Assembly (NCBI RefSeq): GCF_023055435.1 | Contig: NW_025963802.1 | Coordinates: 27,652,001 to 27,716,000, forward strand | DNA from: Haliotis rufescens | Lineage: Eukaryota | Direction: 5' to 3' | Length of the DNA stretch: 64,000 bases | Shown here: in pieces, positions 39,931-53,072 of the stretch | Numbering within the stretch: position 1 is the first letter of the stretch | Layout of the letters: each line of letters opens with the position of its first letter | Translations under genes and position numbers: made by a program | The notes under the pieces: generated by a model | Told to the model about the DNA's origin: nothing | Databases searched by the model: none | What the model saw: the letters and a program-made list of their open reading frames with translations, nothing else

Positions 39931-41597
39931 TCACACAATATGTGTAGATGTACACAAAAATGAATGTAAATCACATCGGTATGATAAGCAGAATCAATAG
40001 GATTGACAGAAATACTGGTCCACAGAGATTAATTGACCTTCCTTAAAAGAGACGAACTGAGAAATGACACCCTACACACGTGGGGCACGTGCAAACTGTA
40101 AGATGGAATAAACAGATGTTTTGGTGTTACATTTTACAGACGATTTCGCATAGGATATTTTAGCAAATTCAATGACCGCTTGGAGTCAAAGCTAGCCTTG
40201 ATCACTCAGTGCATCAAGTGCAGATACATATATTCTTAAAATACTCAATCACTAGTTCTGCAGATCTTGACCTCAATAGCACTTTAATTTAAATGGTTAT
40301 TCAATTATTTGAATGGTAAATAAAATAACATTTTCTTGATATCAAGTGCGTACAGAGATTCGGGTGACAACGTCAAACTCAGTTCTGAACTAGTTCTGTA
40401 GGCTGAGCCTCCGTATGTCCAAAGCTCTGTCAAAGTAATATGTTCGTATGCGCAACCTCAATCCTACATTACCAGGGCAATAAAAAGTCGGTCTTCTCAC
40501 GATGACTAAGTGAAATAAAATGTGCCACATGAGATCAGTGGTAAGGGAACAGGATATTAACTCATCCTCCTTGTTTCATCCTCCGTGGAAACCTTTATCT
40601 TTTCTCCAGTCTTTGTCCACGTCATGGCCGTGTGTTCGGAAACCACACTGTCCAGATAGCTTGGTATCCATGGTAATCATCTTGGTTAACGAGTTTCCGC
40701 AAAAAAAGACATCCGAAACTTCATCGTAATATCCATGCTACATGTTAGTTTTAAAGACGGGAAGGTTGGGTAAGATGTGATTTGGACATGGGTTCCGGGT
40801 TACTCCAGTTCTTGTACACTGAAACCAGACGCCCTGGCACCGGCATGACGTGAAGCTGCGGGATGTTAATGGATGACATTGCATGTTAATTTAGCTTCAC
40901 TCTGTCAGTGTTGGCGACTCGGCTTCTGTGGAAGTCTTCCGCACAGCAAGTCCTGTCGCCGTGATAGGACTGTAACAATGCTGGTTATCTGGCGCCAGAC
41001 GCCATCCGCTCACTCAAACTCACTATCATGATCCTCCTGGATTTCCAAATATTCACACGAATCTAGCTTAGGTTAATTAGGTTTTCATAGAACAGGTTGG
41101 AGCGGAGACACTACATCTGATTAGTAACATGTTGTAACTCGTGTCACACAACAAATAGGGTCTCCTATTTGGAAGCCACTTCATCTGCATCTCATCCATT
41201 ACCGACTCGATAATCGTTTATCGTTAATTGGAGTTTGTACACATGACACCAGAAATGCAACCATGCGTTTAATTACAACGCAAGGCAATGGTCTTCACTT
41301 CGCATGCTTCTAGTGTTTGATGGAGAGCTCATCGATTCAAACAATAACATTATTTTAAGAAATCTATTCTGCATGGTTCTTTCCGGTGTCCGCCCTCTTC
41401 ACCTATTTTTGGTGAAAAGATAGGTAAAAGTAATTAGAGGATTGACTGTGCTTGACTGGAGTTAGATATTTAGGTGACGTGAGTATGGAACCAAAAACTG
41501 AACAAATAAATACAGGATGGTCACAATGCCTTTTATTTAACATGTTGCTGAACAGTTTGCCCTATCATATACTGTTACAAATAAATATAATATAAAA

Positions 41598-44500
41598 CTC
41601 ATACATTGATCATGTCCTTTCACATACTGTTACAGGTAGATAGGGCACTATCAATCATACACTGACCCCGTCCTTTCATATACTGTTACAGGTAGATAGA
41701 GCACTATCAATCATACACTGATCATGTCCTTTCATATACTGTTACAGGTAGATAGGGCACTATCAATCATACACTGATCATGTCCTTTCATATTATGTTA
41801 CTGGTAGATAGAGCACTATCAATCATACACTGATCATGTCCTTTCTTATAATGTTACAGGTAGATAGGGCACTATCAATCATACACTGATCCTGTCATTT
41901 TATATAATGTAACAAGTAGATAGAGCACTATCAATCATACACTGATCATGTCATTTCTTATAATGCTACAGGTAGATAGGGCACTATCAATCATACACTG
42001 ATCCTGTCATTTTATATAATGTTACAGGTAGATAGGGAACTATCAATCATACATTGATCCTGTCCTTTCATATACTGTTACAGGTAGATAGAGCACTATC
42101 AATCATACACTAATTCTGTCCTTTCATATTCTGTTACAGGTAGATAGAGCACTATCAATCATACACTGATCATGTCATTTCTTATAATGTTACAGGTAGA
42201 TAGGGCACTATCAATCATACACTGATCATGTCATTTCTTATAATGTTACAGGTAGATAGGGCACTATCAATCATACACTGATCCTGTCCTTTCACATACT
42301 GTTACAGGTACATAGGGCACTATCAATCATACACTGATCCTGTCCTTTCACATACTGTTACTGGTAGATAGAGCACTATCAGTCATACACTGATCCTGTC
42401 CTTTCATATACTGTTACAGGTAGATAGAGCACTATCAATCATACACTGATCCTGTCCTTTCATATACTGTTACAGGTAGATAGGGCACTATCAATCATAC
42501 ACTGATCCAGTCCTTTCACATGCTGTTACTGGTAGATAGAGCACTATCAATCATACACTGATCATGTCCTTTCACATACTGTTACAGGTAGATAGAGCAC
42601 TATCAATCATACACTGATCCTGTCCTTTCATATACTGTTACAGGTAGATAGGGCACTATCAGTCATACACTGATCCTGTCATTTCACATACTGTTACAGG
42701 TAGATAGAGCACTATCAATCATACACTGATCCTGTCCTTTCACATACTGTTACTGGTAGATAGAGCACTATCAATCATACACTAATTCTGTCCTTTCATA
42801 TTCTGTTACAGGTAGATAGAGCACTATCAATCATACACTGATCATGTCATTTCTTATAATGTTACAGGTAGATAGGGCACTATCAATCATACACTGATCA
42901 TGTCATTTCTTATAATGTTACAGGTAGATAGGGCACTATCAATCATACACTGATCCTGTCCTTTCACATACTGTTACAGGTACATAGGGCACTATCAATC
43001 ATACACTGATCCTGTCCTTTCACATACTGTTACTGGTAGATAGAGCACTATCAGTCATACACTGATCCTGTCCTTTCATATACTGTTACAGGTAGATAGA
43101 GCACTATCAATCATACACTGATCCTGTCCTTTCATATACTGTTACAGGTAGATAGGGCACTATCAATCATACACTGATCCAGTCCTTTCACATGCTGTTA
43201 CTGGTAGATAGAGCACTATCAATCATACACTGATCATGTCCTTTCACATACTGTTACAGGTAGATAGAGCACTATCAATCATACACTGATCATGTCCTTT
43301 CATATACTGTTACAGGTAGATAGGGCACTATCAGTCATACACTGATCCTGTCATTTCACATACTGTTACAGGTAGATAGAGCACTATCAATCATACACTG
43401 ATCCTGTCCTTTCACATACTGTTACTGGTAGATAGAGCACTATCAATCATACACTGATCCTGTCCTTTCACATACTGTTACAGGTAGATAGAGCACTATC
43501 AATCATACACTGATCATGACCTTTCATATTATGTTACTGGTAGATAGAGCACTATCAGTCATACACTGACCCTGTCCTTTCATATACTGTTACAGGTAGA
43601 TAGGGCACTATCAATCATACACTGATCATGTCCTTTCACATACTGTTACTGGTAGATAGAGCACTATCAGTCATATACTGATCCTGTCCTTTCACATACT
43701 GTTACAGGTAGATAGAGCACTATCAATCATACACTGATCCTGTCCTTTCATATACTGTTACAGGTAGATAGAGCACTATCAATCAGCACTGGTCATGTCC
43801 CCATACATACTGTTACAGGTAGATAGGGCACTATCAATCATACACTGGTCATGTCCTTTCACATACTGTTACAGGTAGATAGAGCACTATCAATCATACA
43901 CTGATCCTGTCCTTTCATATACTGTTACAGGTAGATAGAGCACTATCAATCATCACTGATCATGTCCTTTCACATACTGTTACAGGTAGAAAGAAAACTA
44001 TCAGTCATACACCGATCCTGTCCTTTCATATACTGTTACAAGTAGATAGAGCACTATCAATCATACACTGATCCTGTCCTTTCACATACTGTTACTGGTA
44101 GATAGAGCACTATCAGTCATACACTGATCCTGTCCTTTCATATACTGTTACAGGTAGATAGAGCACTATCAATCATGCACTGGCCATGTCCTTTCATATG
44201 CTGTTACAGATAGATAGAGTACTATCAATCATACACTGATCCTGTCCTTTCACATACTGTTACAGGTAGATAGAGCACTATCAATCATACACTGATCATG
44301 TCCCTTTATATAATGTTACAGGTATATAGAGCACTATCAGGCATTCACTGGAAATGTCCCTTTATATACTGTTACAGGTAGATAGAGCACTATCAATCAT
44401 ACGCTGGTCATGTCCTTTCATATACTGTTACAGATAGATAGAGCACTATCAATCATACACTGATCCTGTCCTTTCATATACTATTACAGGTAGATAGAGC

Positions 44501-44692
44501 ACTATCAATCATAGACTCATCATGTGCCTTTATATACTGTTACAGGTAGATAGAGCACTATCAATCATACACTGATCCTGTCCTTTCATATACTGTTACA
44601 GGTAGATAGAGCACTATCAATCATCACTGATCATGTCCTTTCATATACTTATACAGGTAGATAGAGCACTACCAATCATACACTGGTCATAC
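41598..44692. repeat. 56-bp satellite (TCATATACTGTTACAGGTAGATAGAGCACTATCAATCATACACTGATCCTGTCCTT), ~55 copies
   Basis: Period 56 (TACAGG at 41631 and 41687). Confidence 0.97.
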
Positions 44693-45964
44693 ATCTAGTT
44701 TTAGTCTCGCTATGTACACAGATAAGTGGTCATTGATGTGTTTGTCCTCATCTCTCAGCAGCCACTTAACTTAACTGGCCGACTGCAACATGGCGACGTT
44801 TTCTAGGTGGTTGTCTTGGGCCTTAGCTCTGGAAGCGAGGTTCTTGAACTCTGTATCTTCTAGCAGCCACGTATATGGACATCTTCTTGCAGCCACGTAT
44901 ATGGACATCTTCAAACACTGCAAAAGCAATACTGGCAGCAACCTCCTCAAAATCATTCTGGAACGATAGGGGTTTCAGATTAAGATGATATCGTTCTGCT
45001 TCATCCTTAATTACCTGGAAGGCAGTATAGGAAGCTTCAGTCTTATTCGGTAGAACGCAGTAAACAAGATGATACGTGGTTCCTTGGTGTTCGGCAGTAC
45101 CATCACTTTAATTTTAATTTCACTTTAATTGATGAGTAAATATTTGTATGCGATAAAACTCAGATAGTCAAGTCGATATCAGGTTTCTAAGCAACGGGAC
45201 ATATCTATCTCATATAGCAACCTAAAGACGGCGTTATAAGGCGATATAAAAAAATTTAAATTGGTATGAAAGTCATTATATGTTAATATATCGAAATCCA
45301 AGAAACTCCACCCTAAATTCACAATTGTACTATGACAATAATGACTTAGAGAGTGTGCTTGTTTGGCCTTCCATAGAAAATAAATCACGAAAAGTACAAT
45401 TTCAGTGAAATGATAAAACGATACCGGCCAAAAGAAAGTATACACTTGAAAATAGAATTCGACCAAAACATTCCAAACGTTATCGAAACGTTACTGGCTG
45501 AAAACAGTCGCCGAAACACTGCAAACGTAAGGTCAAAAACACAACTGTGTTATCCATATCAAATACATCACCACAAAAAACATTTCTTGTTTGTTTCATT
45601 TTACCCCCATCAAACATTGATGCATGGGTTTTTTAGCCAATCAGATGTCAGCTTTTAAAACGTTTCGTCTTAATTTTTATCATCTCGATTCGGATATTTT
45701 GATTCGTACATGTATGTATGAAAATTTTAGTTGGGTCTAACAGCTATCTTACCACACGCAGAATATATTTTTGTACATGTAGCTTGCATAGTAAACAACG
45801 ATGCGTATGAACAATAACATGTATCTGTTACTACTTATGTTCACCTATTTCCGTAAGTGAGTACAACTTGAGGCAGCTTTAAACAGTTTAGTAACATCGC
45901 CATGCCTGTGAACAACATTCCACGTATTATTTGTCAGGGGAAGTCACACCCAATTATTCTGTGT

Positions 45965-46135
45965 GTTTATTTCATGCTTAACGCCGCACTCTGCAATATT
46001 CGAGCTATGTGACGGTGTCCTGTAATTAATGGAGCCCGGATCAGACATCAGCCAAGTCACCGAGTCTGACCACCTGGTGCAGTTAGCCTCTACATGAGAT
46101 ACATGAGTTGCTGGGGGCCAGGTCTCACGCGGAAT
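45965..46135 (-). mobile_element. Degenerate SINE family B copy
   Basis: TTAACGCCGCACTCTGCAATATTCGAGCTAT...CCAAGTCACCGAGTCTGACCACC is the reverse complement of the family B body and tail. Confidence 0.7.
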
Positions 46136-48525
46136 CCCAACAGGTATACAGCAACACGAAAACAATAATAATATCAGAGTCAAAGTTTCAGAAAACCAAA
46201 TCAAAGACTTCGTGACACTGTGTAATATGTACCACGTCAATGGCGTATATCACCAGGCAGCATCCGTGCATCTCGATGGCGGTACGTGAAGTCGTTGTCG
46301 GCAGAACTAGTGGCACCTACACGCCCCGATTTGATTAACGATGTCCATTGCCACTTGAACAGTTTGCACAAACGCAGCCACTTTGCAGCTTGCACGTGCT
46401 ATCTTCCCTGGGAGGTCGTGAAACAGCCCGACAATGCAGCATACACAATCGCTAGGCTGCCTAATTGCTCGTGAAACGTTTATTGTGTCATTGATTCAGC
46501 CGTTTGTTGACACATGATGACTATCCTTCATTGGTTGTTGTTCCACGTGAGATAAGGGGCATATGTTATATGGTCTCAGACCTAATCGGACTGAGGAATG
46601 ATAACCGATTATTTCCCCACATAATGTGGGGACTACCAGACGGTCGTCGTTTTGTGAGCGCACCGTCTGAAAGTCCGAGCAATCCGCAATGCATCCTTGG
46701 GCCCACTGAAATGAGGCTAGTTTGGTATGTGACCTGTCTGACAGTATGTGACCTGTCTGACAGTATGTGACCTGTCTGATTGTGTGCCACCGTACACAGG
46801 CTGCGTGGAGCCTTGCTCATGCTGTTAACCATTGCTTTACATAGCACAGCCTTGATCATTCATAGGCCGCGATCATATCCATGTAGCTCATATATTGCTG
46901 ACTGCGGCACAAAATAATATATGTGGAGTCACTCAGTGTTGATTTAGCTATCTTGCGTTCAAAATAAACTTTGTTGTTACCAAAGTTGTAACGGAATACA
47001 CATGGCATCATTGTTCTTTCAAGATATTATAATAATATTTTAAAAATATATGACATGTTATGTAACTCAAATAACTCGTCAGCACTATACCAGTATTTAA
47101 GCAAACAAATCCCCATGTTCGTCGCTGTCCGCGTTGTACTAACGTCAGTAATACTTGGCTTCACATCACGTCACGTCACATGTCTGCATCCATGCAACAT
47201 CCAGCAACCCCGCTTTGTGCTGGTTACATCCCCCCTGCGTCTATGAAGATACGTGTCTGATTGGCCGTCTTATAGGCTTGGCGTTATTGTACACAGTTTA
47301 TATCCACTGACCATATGCAAATCCTGCTAGTTATATGTAATTCTCTCACACCTAATGTATTACAGTTGGAGTCATATGTTTACCTGTTTCAAGTCAAAGA
47401 GAAACGTGCCGAAACTAGTTTGTATCATCAAATCCAGTTCATCAAACGATCGACGTGAAACGTTTTCAAATCACGGGGCAAGAAAAAACATAGCCGACGG
47501 TTGTTAGTTCATTGATCTCCCCACCCATGAGAGAAAATACAACTGACTATGTTGTTTAATTTAGTATTATCATTATTACTTCCTCCGTTTATTTTCTTTA
47601 TGAGATATTTTTCAATTAACTTCTGCTACGATGGTCTTACGAATATTAAATATAATATTAATGTCTGTGAATTTGGAAGGCTAACTTATGCAGCAAAGAA
47701 ACTTACATGTACAACGTGTACAACATGGATGCGAACAATATACTATATCTTTAAACATCAGTAGAATTATTTTCTTATTTTACCGCTGGTACAGGAAAAG
47801 AGGTCCTGTCAAAATATTAGCCCTCAAATTCAAGTTTACTCAAGCCTACTTGAATCAGTGTTCCACTCGATGCCACGGAAACAGCTAGAGATCGAATATA
47901 TATCAACCCGCTCCAGTAAAAAGTTAGACATTTCATGTTTCCTAAAACAACATTGATATCCTCACTGTATTTTATCCATGGAATATTGAAACAAGAGGAG
48001 TACAGCTTCGTTGTTTCCTTGTCTCCCGTCAGTACATGCACATTGGAAACATTCTTTTTTAATTTTTAAGGTCAAGATTCAAATAACAATAAAGCACATA
48101 CTAGAATGTGTTCTTTTCTCAACAAGAGACCACATGCCGACTTGAACTGTGTCTGTTTTTTTATTTTTTTAAATTTTCTTCCACCATCCGCTCCCTTTGA
48201 AGAACGATCAACGGACGATCAACAGGCCAGCTCTTCAGATGCCTTGCTTACAGAGATAACGCATCAGCGAGTCTTGTTGACGGGGACATCCGACATCACA
48301 CTCTCATGTTAATGTATCGGTAGAGCACATGTCAAATACAAGCTATCAGATGTCCTGGGTATGAAAGGAAGTTGAAATCCCAACACAGTACTTCACTTCC
48401 GGGAGACTGAAGATGACCGGAAGTAGCATGGTGTCATGGTGGCTAGCCTTACGCCCTCTGGAACAGAACCAGTGGAGCTTCAACAGTTTCCTGAACCACT
48501 GGATGTATGGTGGCCGAGAGGGGAC

Positions 48526-48626
48526 ATCGCTTTCTCGCTTTCTCGCTCTATCGCTCTATCGCTTTCTCGCTTTCTCGCTTTCTCGCTTTCTCGCTTTATC
48601 GCTCTATCGCTTTATCGCTTTCTCGC
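48526..48626. repeat. 7-mer repeat (TCGCTTT/TCGCTCT) within left TIR
   Basis: Direct reading. Confidence 0.9.
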
Positions 48627-49146
48627 GGTTAAGCAATATCCCCTCTTGACCCCTACAGGGGCCGCATGTGATATCTGCTGCAATTGGGAGGTAATGTTGA
48701 AATTTTCTCACTATTTACTTAAAACATAATTTAACTGTACAGACGTAGGTGATTTTAAAACAATCCACCGATTTTTGCGTAAAATGTAATTGATTTATTT
48801 ATGGCCCTATTCAGTTGTATGTGACCATCTCGCCGAAAGCGCGTGGCAGATCATGGCAATACGCTCTAAATAAATCAGGTTAAAATCTAAATATATACTT
48901 TTCAAAAGAAGTTAAGAAGACTATGGTTAATTAGTCATGGCTGATTGTTTTGCAAAAATACAATCTTATAATTGTGGGTGCTCTATAACTTGTTTTCGGT
49001 AGTACATGATGTTATAGTGTGTCATGAGGTTGTCCGTAAATGTTCTTTTTGACATTTGATGTATGTTTAACTTGAATTGTGTTTCTTGTCTTGTGCAAAT
49101 CTACAAATATATGTACTTACATATAGTAATTTGATAAACACCGCTG

Positions 49147-49308
49147 TGAGTGAGTGAGAATGGTTTCACGTCGCTTTTAACAATAATCCAGTAATATCAC
49201 GGGTAACACCAGAAATGGACTTCACACATTGTACCCATGTGGGGAATCGAACTGGGTCTTCGGCTTGACGATCGAACGCTTTAACCACCAGGCTTCCCCA
49301 CTGCCCCC
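49147..49308 (-). mobile_element. tRNA-derived SINE family A nested in the IS3EU-like element
   Basis: (GAGT)n tail plus GGGGAATCGAACTGGGTCTTCGGC...TTTAACCACCAGGCTTCCCCACTGCCCC. Confidence 0.88.
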
Positions 49309-49382
49309 ATGCATTACTATGATTATCTATAACATATATTAAATCAGCTATCATTGTGATATGTTATGTATATCTTAAGTAT

Positions 49383-49557
49383 NNNNNNNNNNNNNNNNNN
49401 NNNNNNNNNNNNNNNNNNNNNNNNNNNNNNNNNNNNNNNNNNNNNNNNNNNNNNNNNNNNNNNNNNNNNNNNNNNNNNNNNNNNNNNNNNNNNNNNNNNN
49501 NNNNNNNNNNNNNNNNNNNNNNNNNNNNNNNNNNNNNNNNNNNNNNNNNNNNNNNNN
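49383..49557. other. Assembly gap (175 N)
   Basis: Run of N. Confidence 1.
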
Positions 49558-50223
49558 AAAGGTAGTAGATAACGACATAACTCACATCAGAACGCACAAT
49601 TGTTAACCATACAGTCTAAATGGAGAGAGAATTACTACATAAATATGTATATTCCTGTCTGAGCCTATACTATAATTGGATATCTAGTCTCTCCTGGCGG
49701 GAAAGTTAAACTTTATTTTACAAGCACTTTAGCATTAAATTTAATTCCCGAAGACAGTTTGATCGAACGCATTTCATTTCTATTGTCCAACTTAATGAAC
49801 ATAATTGTGATCCCGAAATCGGACGAGCACATATTGGGCTTCAATTCCAAATCTAATTACTGAAAAAAATAATTCTTTGGACGTTGCAAACAATACAAAC
49901 TGGCTAATAAAACTGACATATATGATCTCCCTTTTATCAGTTTTAAGTTTGATGGAGGAATGGGGGGGGGGGGGGGGGGGATACTATGAACAAAATTTAA
50001 AATAGGAACAGTGATTATCTGTATTCTTTGAATCTTGCTTATTTATTACACTACAAGAAAATATGCAAGCTAAACGAGAAAAAATTACGTGTGTATTTTG
50101 TAACATATTTATCTACTACAAGATGTTTCAAAAATCTAATCATAAGAGGCAAAATAGCGGTGAGAATTACAGGATCACTAAATATAAGCAAAAACCGTTT
50201 TAATATACGGCATTATGGGAAAT

Positions 50224-50406
50224 ATCGCTTTCTCGCTTTCTCGCTTTCTCGCTCTATCGCTTTCTCGCTCTATCGCTTTCTCGCTTCATCGCTTTATCGC
50301 TTTATCGCTTTATCGCTTTCTCGCTCTATCGCTTTATCGCTTTCTCGCTCTATCGCTTTCTCGCTCTATCGCTTTCTCGCTTCATCGCTTTCTCGCTCTA
50401 TCGCTT
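50224..50406. repeat. Second block of 7-mer TCGCTTT/TCGCTCT repeat
   Basis: Direct reading; same orientation as 48526-48626. Confidence 0.9.
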
Positions 50407-50527
50407 CCTCTAGTGACTAACCATAGTCATATGAAGGAATCGGGTGTTCTTTAACTTCTTTTGAATAGTATGTACTATAAATAGTATGTTAATTATAAAT
50501 GCAAAATAATAAGCGTAGACTTAATTA

Positions 50528-50849
50528 CCGTATTCGACGTAATAAGCGCCCAGGGCGCTTTCTAAATTAAAATATTATTTTGGTGAAAAAAAAGTTGAGT
50601 TGAAAGATTAATTTCGTGGTTTATGCTGACAGCCTGAAATGTTTATGTACGACAGATATATTTTTCCCGATTTTAATTGCCCATAATTAAGTGTGCATAT
50701 AACGAGTGCGTATTATACGCGAATAAATAAGTCTTTTGTACATTAATCAATCGGAAGGGGTGCTAATTGGGATTGTTCACTAGCCAATATATTAGCAAAT
50801 ATCGCCGTGGGCGTTTATTAGAGCGGGGCGCTTATTACGTTGAATACGG
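50528..50849. mobile_element. MITE with CCGTA ends and TA TSD (pogo/Tc2-type)
   Basis: TA|CCGTATTCGACGTAATAAGCGCCC ... GGGCGCTTATTACGTTGAATACGG|TA; 24-bp TIR with one mismatch; 322 bp. Confidence 0.88.
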
Positions 50850-51948
50850 TAATTTTACTTTGCATTGATGTCTCAGAAATGACTGTTGATAAGACGGCCT
50901 CACTGAACACGTTGAAAAGCGGAAATACCAACTTGAATATAAAACCAATCAACTATTTCCACATTACGGTTACTGAGAACAATATGTCATCCCAAAACTA
51001 GAAATTACATAATGGACATCCGGCAATATTACTATGCTTGGGTGAGGACTTCCACTTTGATCACATCTACTCCGCAAACAGAATAAACATTGATATAAGC
51101 GTTGTTTTTAGGAAAACACTATTGCTTTTTAGGAAGTACGTACTACTCAGCGCTATTGAGCGGTGTTATTTGCTATTTGTTTTGATAACTTGGCCTGGGG
51201 GCGGGGGATCCAATAGCTAAATAGGGCCATAAATCAATTAGATTCTTTTTTACGCAGAAATACGTGGATTGTTATAAAAGCACATATGTCTGTACTGTTA
51301 AATAAGTAGATAGTGAGAAAATTTCAACATTCCGTCCATATGTATAATTTGAAATGCGACTGGAAAAATCTCAGCTCTCTTTTATGATTAAAACCCACAT
51401 CAGCCCCCCTACACACACACCCCACCCCACCCCACCCCACCCCAACACACACACACACACTGAGGACAATTCATTAATGTTGTTTTATATATATACTTTT
51501 TATCGTAAAGAAACACGTAACGCATGCGACCCATATCGTGGCCAAGAGGGAATATTGCCATACCGCGAGAAAGCGAGAAAGCGATGTCCCCTCTCGGCCA
51601 CCATATGGATGTTCATTTCTAAAAGCTGTGATATCTATGTCTTGGAGAATGCAACTGCATCTCTGTCATATTAACAGTGGTAATACTTCCTACAGTGTGA
51701 CAGCCTTTTCATTGTACATGAACACGCACGAAATACAATACATTGTCAGTTTGTAGAAAGATATAAGGCTCTCTATAAGACGACAACGGCTCTTCGTTTG
51801 AATATATGGTTGGATGGTGCAGAGGAGTGATGAGAATTGCTAAAGAGGCGCCCTCTTGCATAAAACCATTATGATATATAATGTTCAACCTGGCGATCAT
51901 CAACTGCAGCCTGTTAATAATTAAGACAATTCAGCGCTTTATGATAAG

Positions 51949-51950
<2 letters not shown>

Positions 51951-52029
<79 letters not shown>
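51951..52029. repeat. (CT)n microsatellite upstream of GPCR gene
   Basis: About 39 CT units. Confidence 0.95.
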
Positions 52030-52034
<5 letters not shown>

Positions 52035-52254
52035 CAGATCGTACAAACAAACAACTCACGTCGATAATGATATTCCTCTGGGTTCTGAACTTTTCAAATG
52101 ATTTTGTTAATCCTCCTGCGAATACAATGTCAATTTCTCCCTCATTCTTGCGTTTGTGAGATCTCCAAGTGTTTATCAGTGTTAGTAACTAAATTTAATT
52201 AAATCCCTATTTGATAGATGGAACTGTGAACACACCGCGCAAGGGTATTCCGAG

Positions 52255-52265
52255 ACATATATAAC
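52255..52265 (+). promoter_or_regulatory. Candidate TATA box of the GPCR gene
   Basis: CATATATAAC lies ~280 nt upstream of the ATG and is followed by a CpG-richer leader. The TSS cannot be verified here. Confidence 0.3.
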
Positions 52266-52541
52266 CCCACCCCCTATCGTCGAGGCGAAATGTTAGCTCA
52301 AGAGTGCCAGAACATTATATCATTCCCTGTAGCCTCATCGTGGTGACGAAGGCGAGCTCCGCACTACGCACTACGCACTGCGCACTCTCACTATCTGTGC
52401 AAACCATGCTATGTTTCTCGAGACTCATAGGCAGTGAAGTGGGATGCCAGACGATGCAAGGGACCGGCGATGTGCTACACAGGCTGTCCGTGTGTGACCA
52501 CAGTGGAAGATACACATGTCAAGGTCTGAAGTATTACCACA

Positions 52542-52623
52542 ATGGGGGAGATTGTTCTTACTGACCCAAGCACGAATGAGACTGCATTTACATTCCTGTC
52601 CGAGTTCAGCGGCAAGTGGAAAG
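52542..52623 (+). CDS. FFAR4/GPR120-like class A GPCR, coding exon 1 (N-terminus)
   Basis: Kozak-like ACAATGG with an in-frame upstream stop. Reads MGEIVLTDPSTNETAFTFLSEFSGKWK (N-glycosylation sequon NET). Donor AAG|GTGAGT, phase 1. Confidence 0.8.
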
Positions 52624-52817
52624 GTGAGTTTAGTTTAGCTTTTTTTCACCTATTCTGAAGTTTCCATTTTTTTCCGATTTTATTTTCTATATAATTCATT
52701 AAGACCCATATTAAACAATGAAAATTCCTATGAAGGAATATACAAACATACTGCATGCCATTTTAAACATTGAATCATTGTAACATTAAGAAAAACGAAT
52801 ACTAATGCATTACACTA

Positions 52818-53072
52818 AGGTCTTCAGCAACCCATGCTTGCCGTAAAAGGCGACTATGCTTGTAAGAGGCGACTAACGGGATCGGGTGGTCAGGCTCGCT
52901 GACTTGGTTTGATGCATGTCATCGGTCCCAATTGTGTGGATCGATTCTCATGATATCAATCACTGGATTGTCTGGTCTCGATTATTAACAGACCGCCGTC
53001 ATATAGCTGGAGTATTGCTGAGTGCGGCGTTAAACAAACAACCAACCAACCCACCAACTAACCCACCAACCA
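52818..53072 (+). mobile_element. SINE family B, well-preserved copy in GPCR intron 1
   Basis: GGTCTTCAGCAACCCATGCTTGCCGTAAAAGGCGACTA...GAGTATTGCTGAGTGCGGCGTTAAAC followed by (CAAC)n. Confidence 0.88.

Larger units (their letters stand above)
48506..51605. mobile_element. Non-autonomous DNA transposon, IS3EU-like (TATGG..CCATA ends, 6-bp TSD TGGATG)
   Basis: TSD at 48500-48505 and 51606-51611. The TIR TATGGTGGCCGAGAGGGGACATCGCTTTCTCGCTTTCTCGC is mirrored perfectly at 51565-51605 and continues imperfectly beyond the 7-mer repeat. Confidence 0.82.

Noticed and set aside
40520-41045. GC-richer, coding-like segment on the minus strand (YKNWSNPEP, lectin-like)
   Set aside because: There are stops in all frames and only a very short motif match.
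49356-49597. ORFs across N run
   Set aside because: Assembly-gap artefacts.
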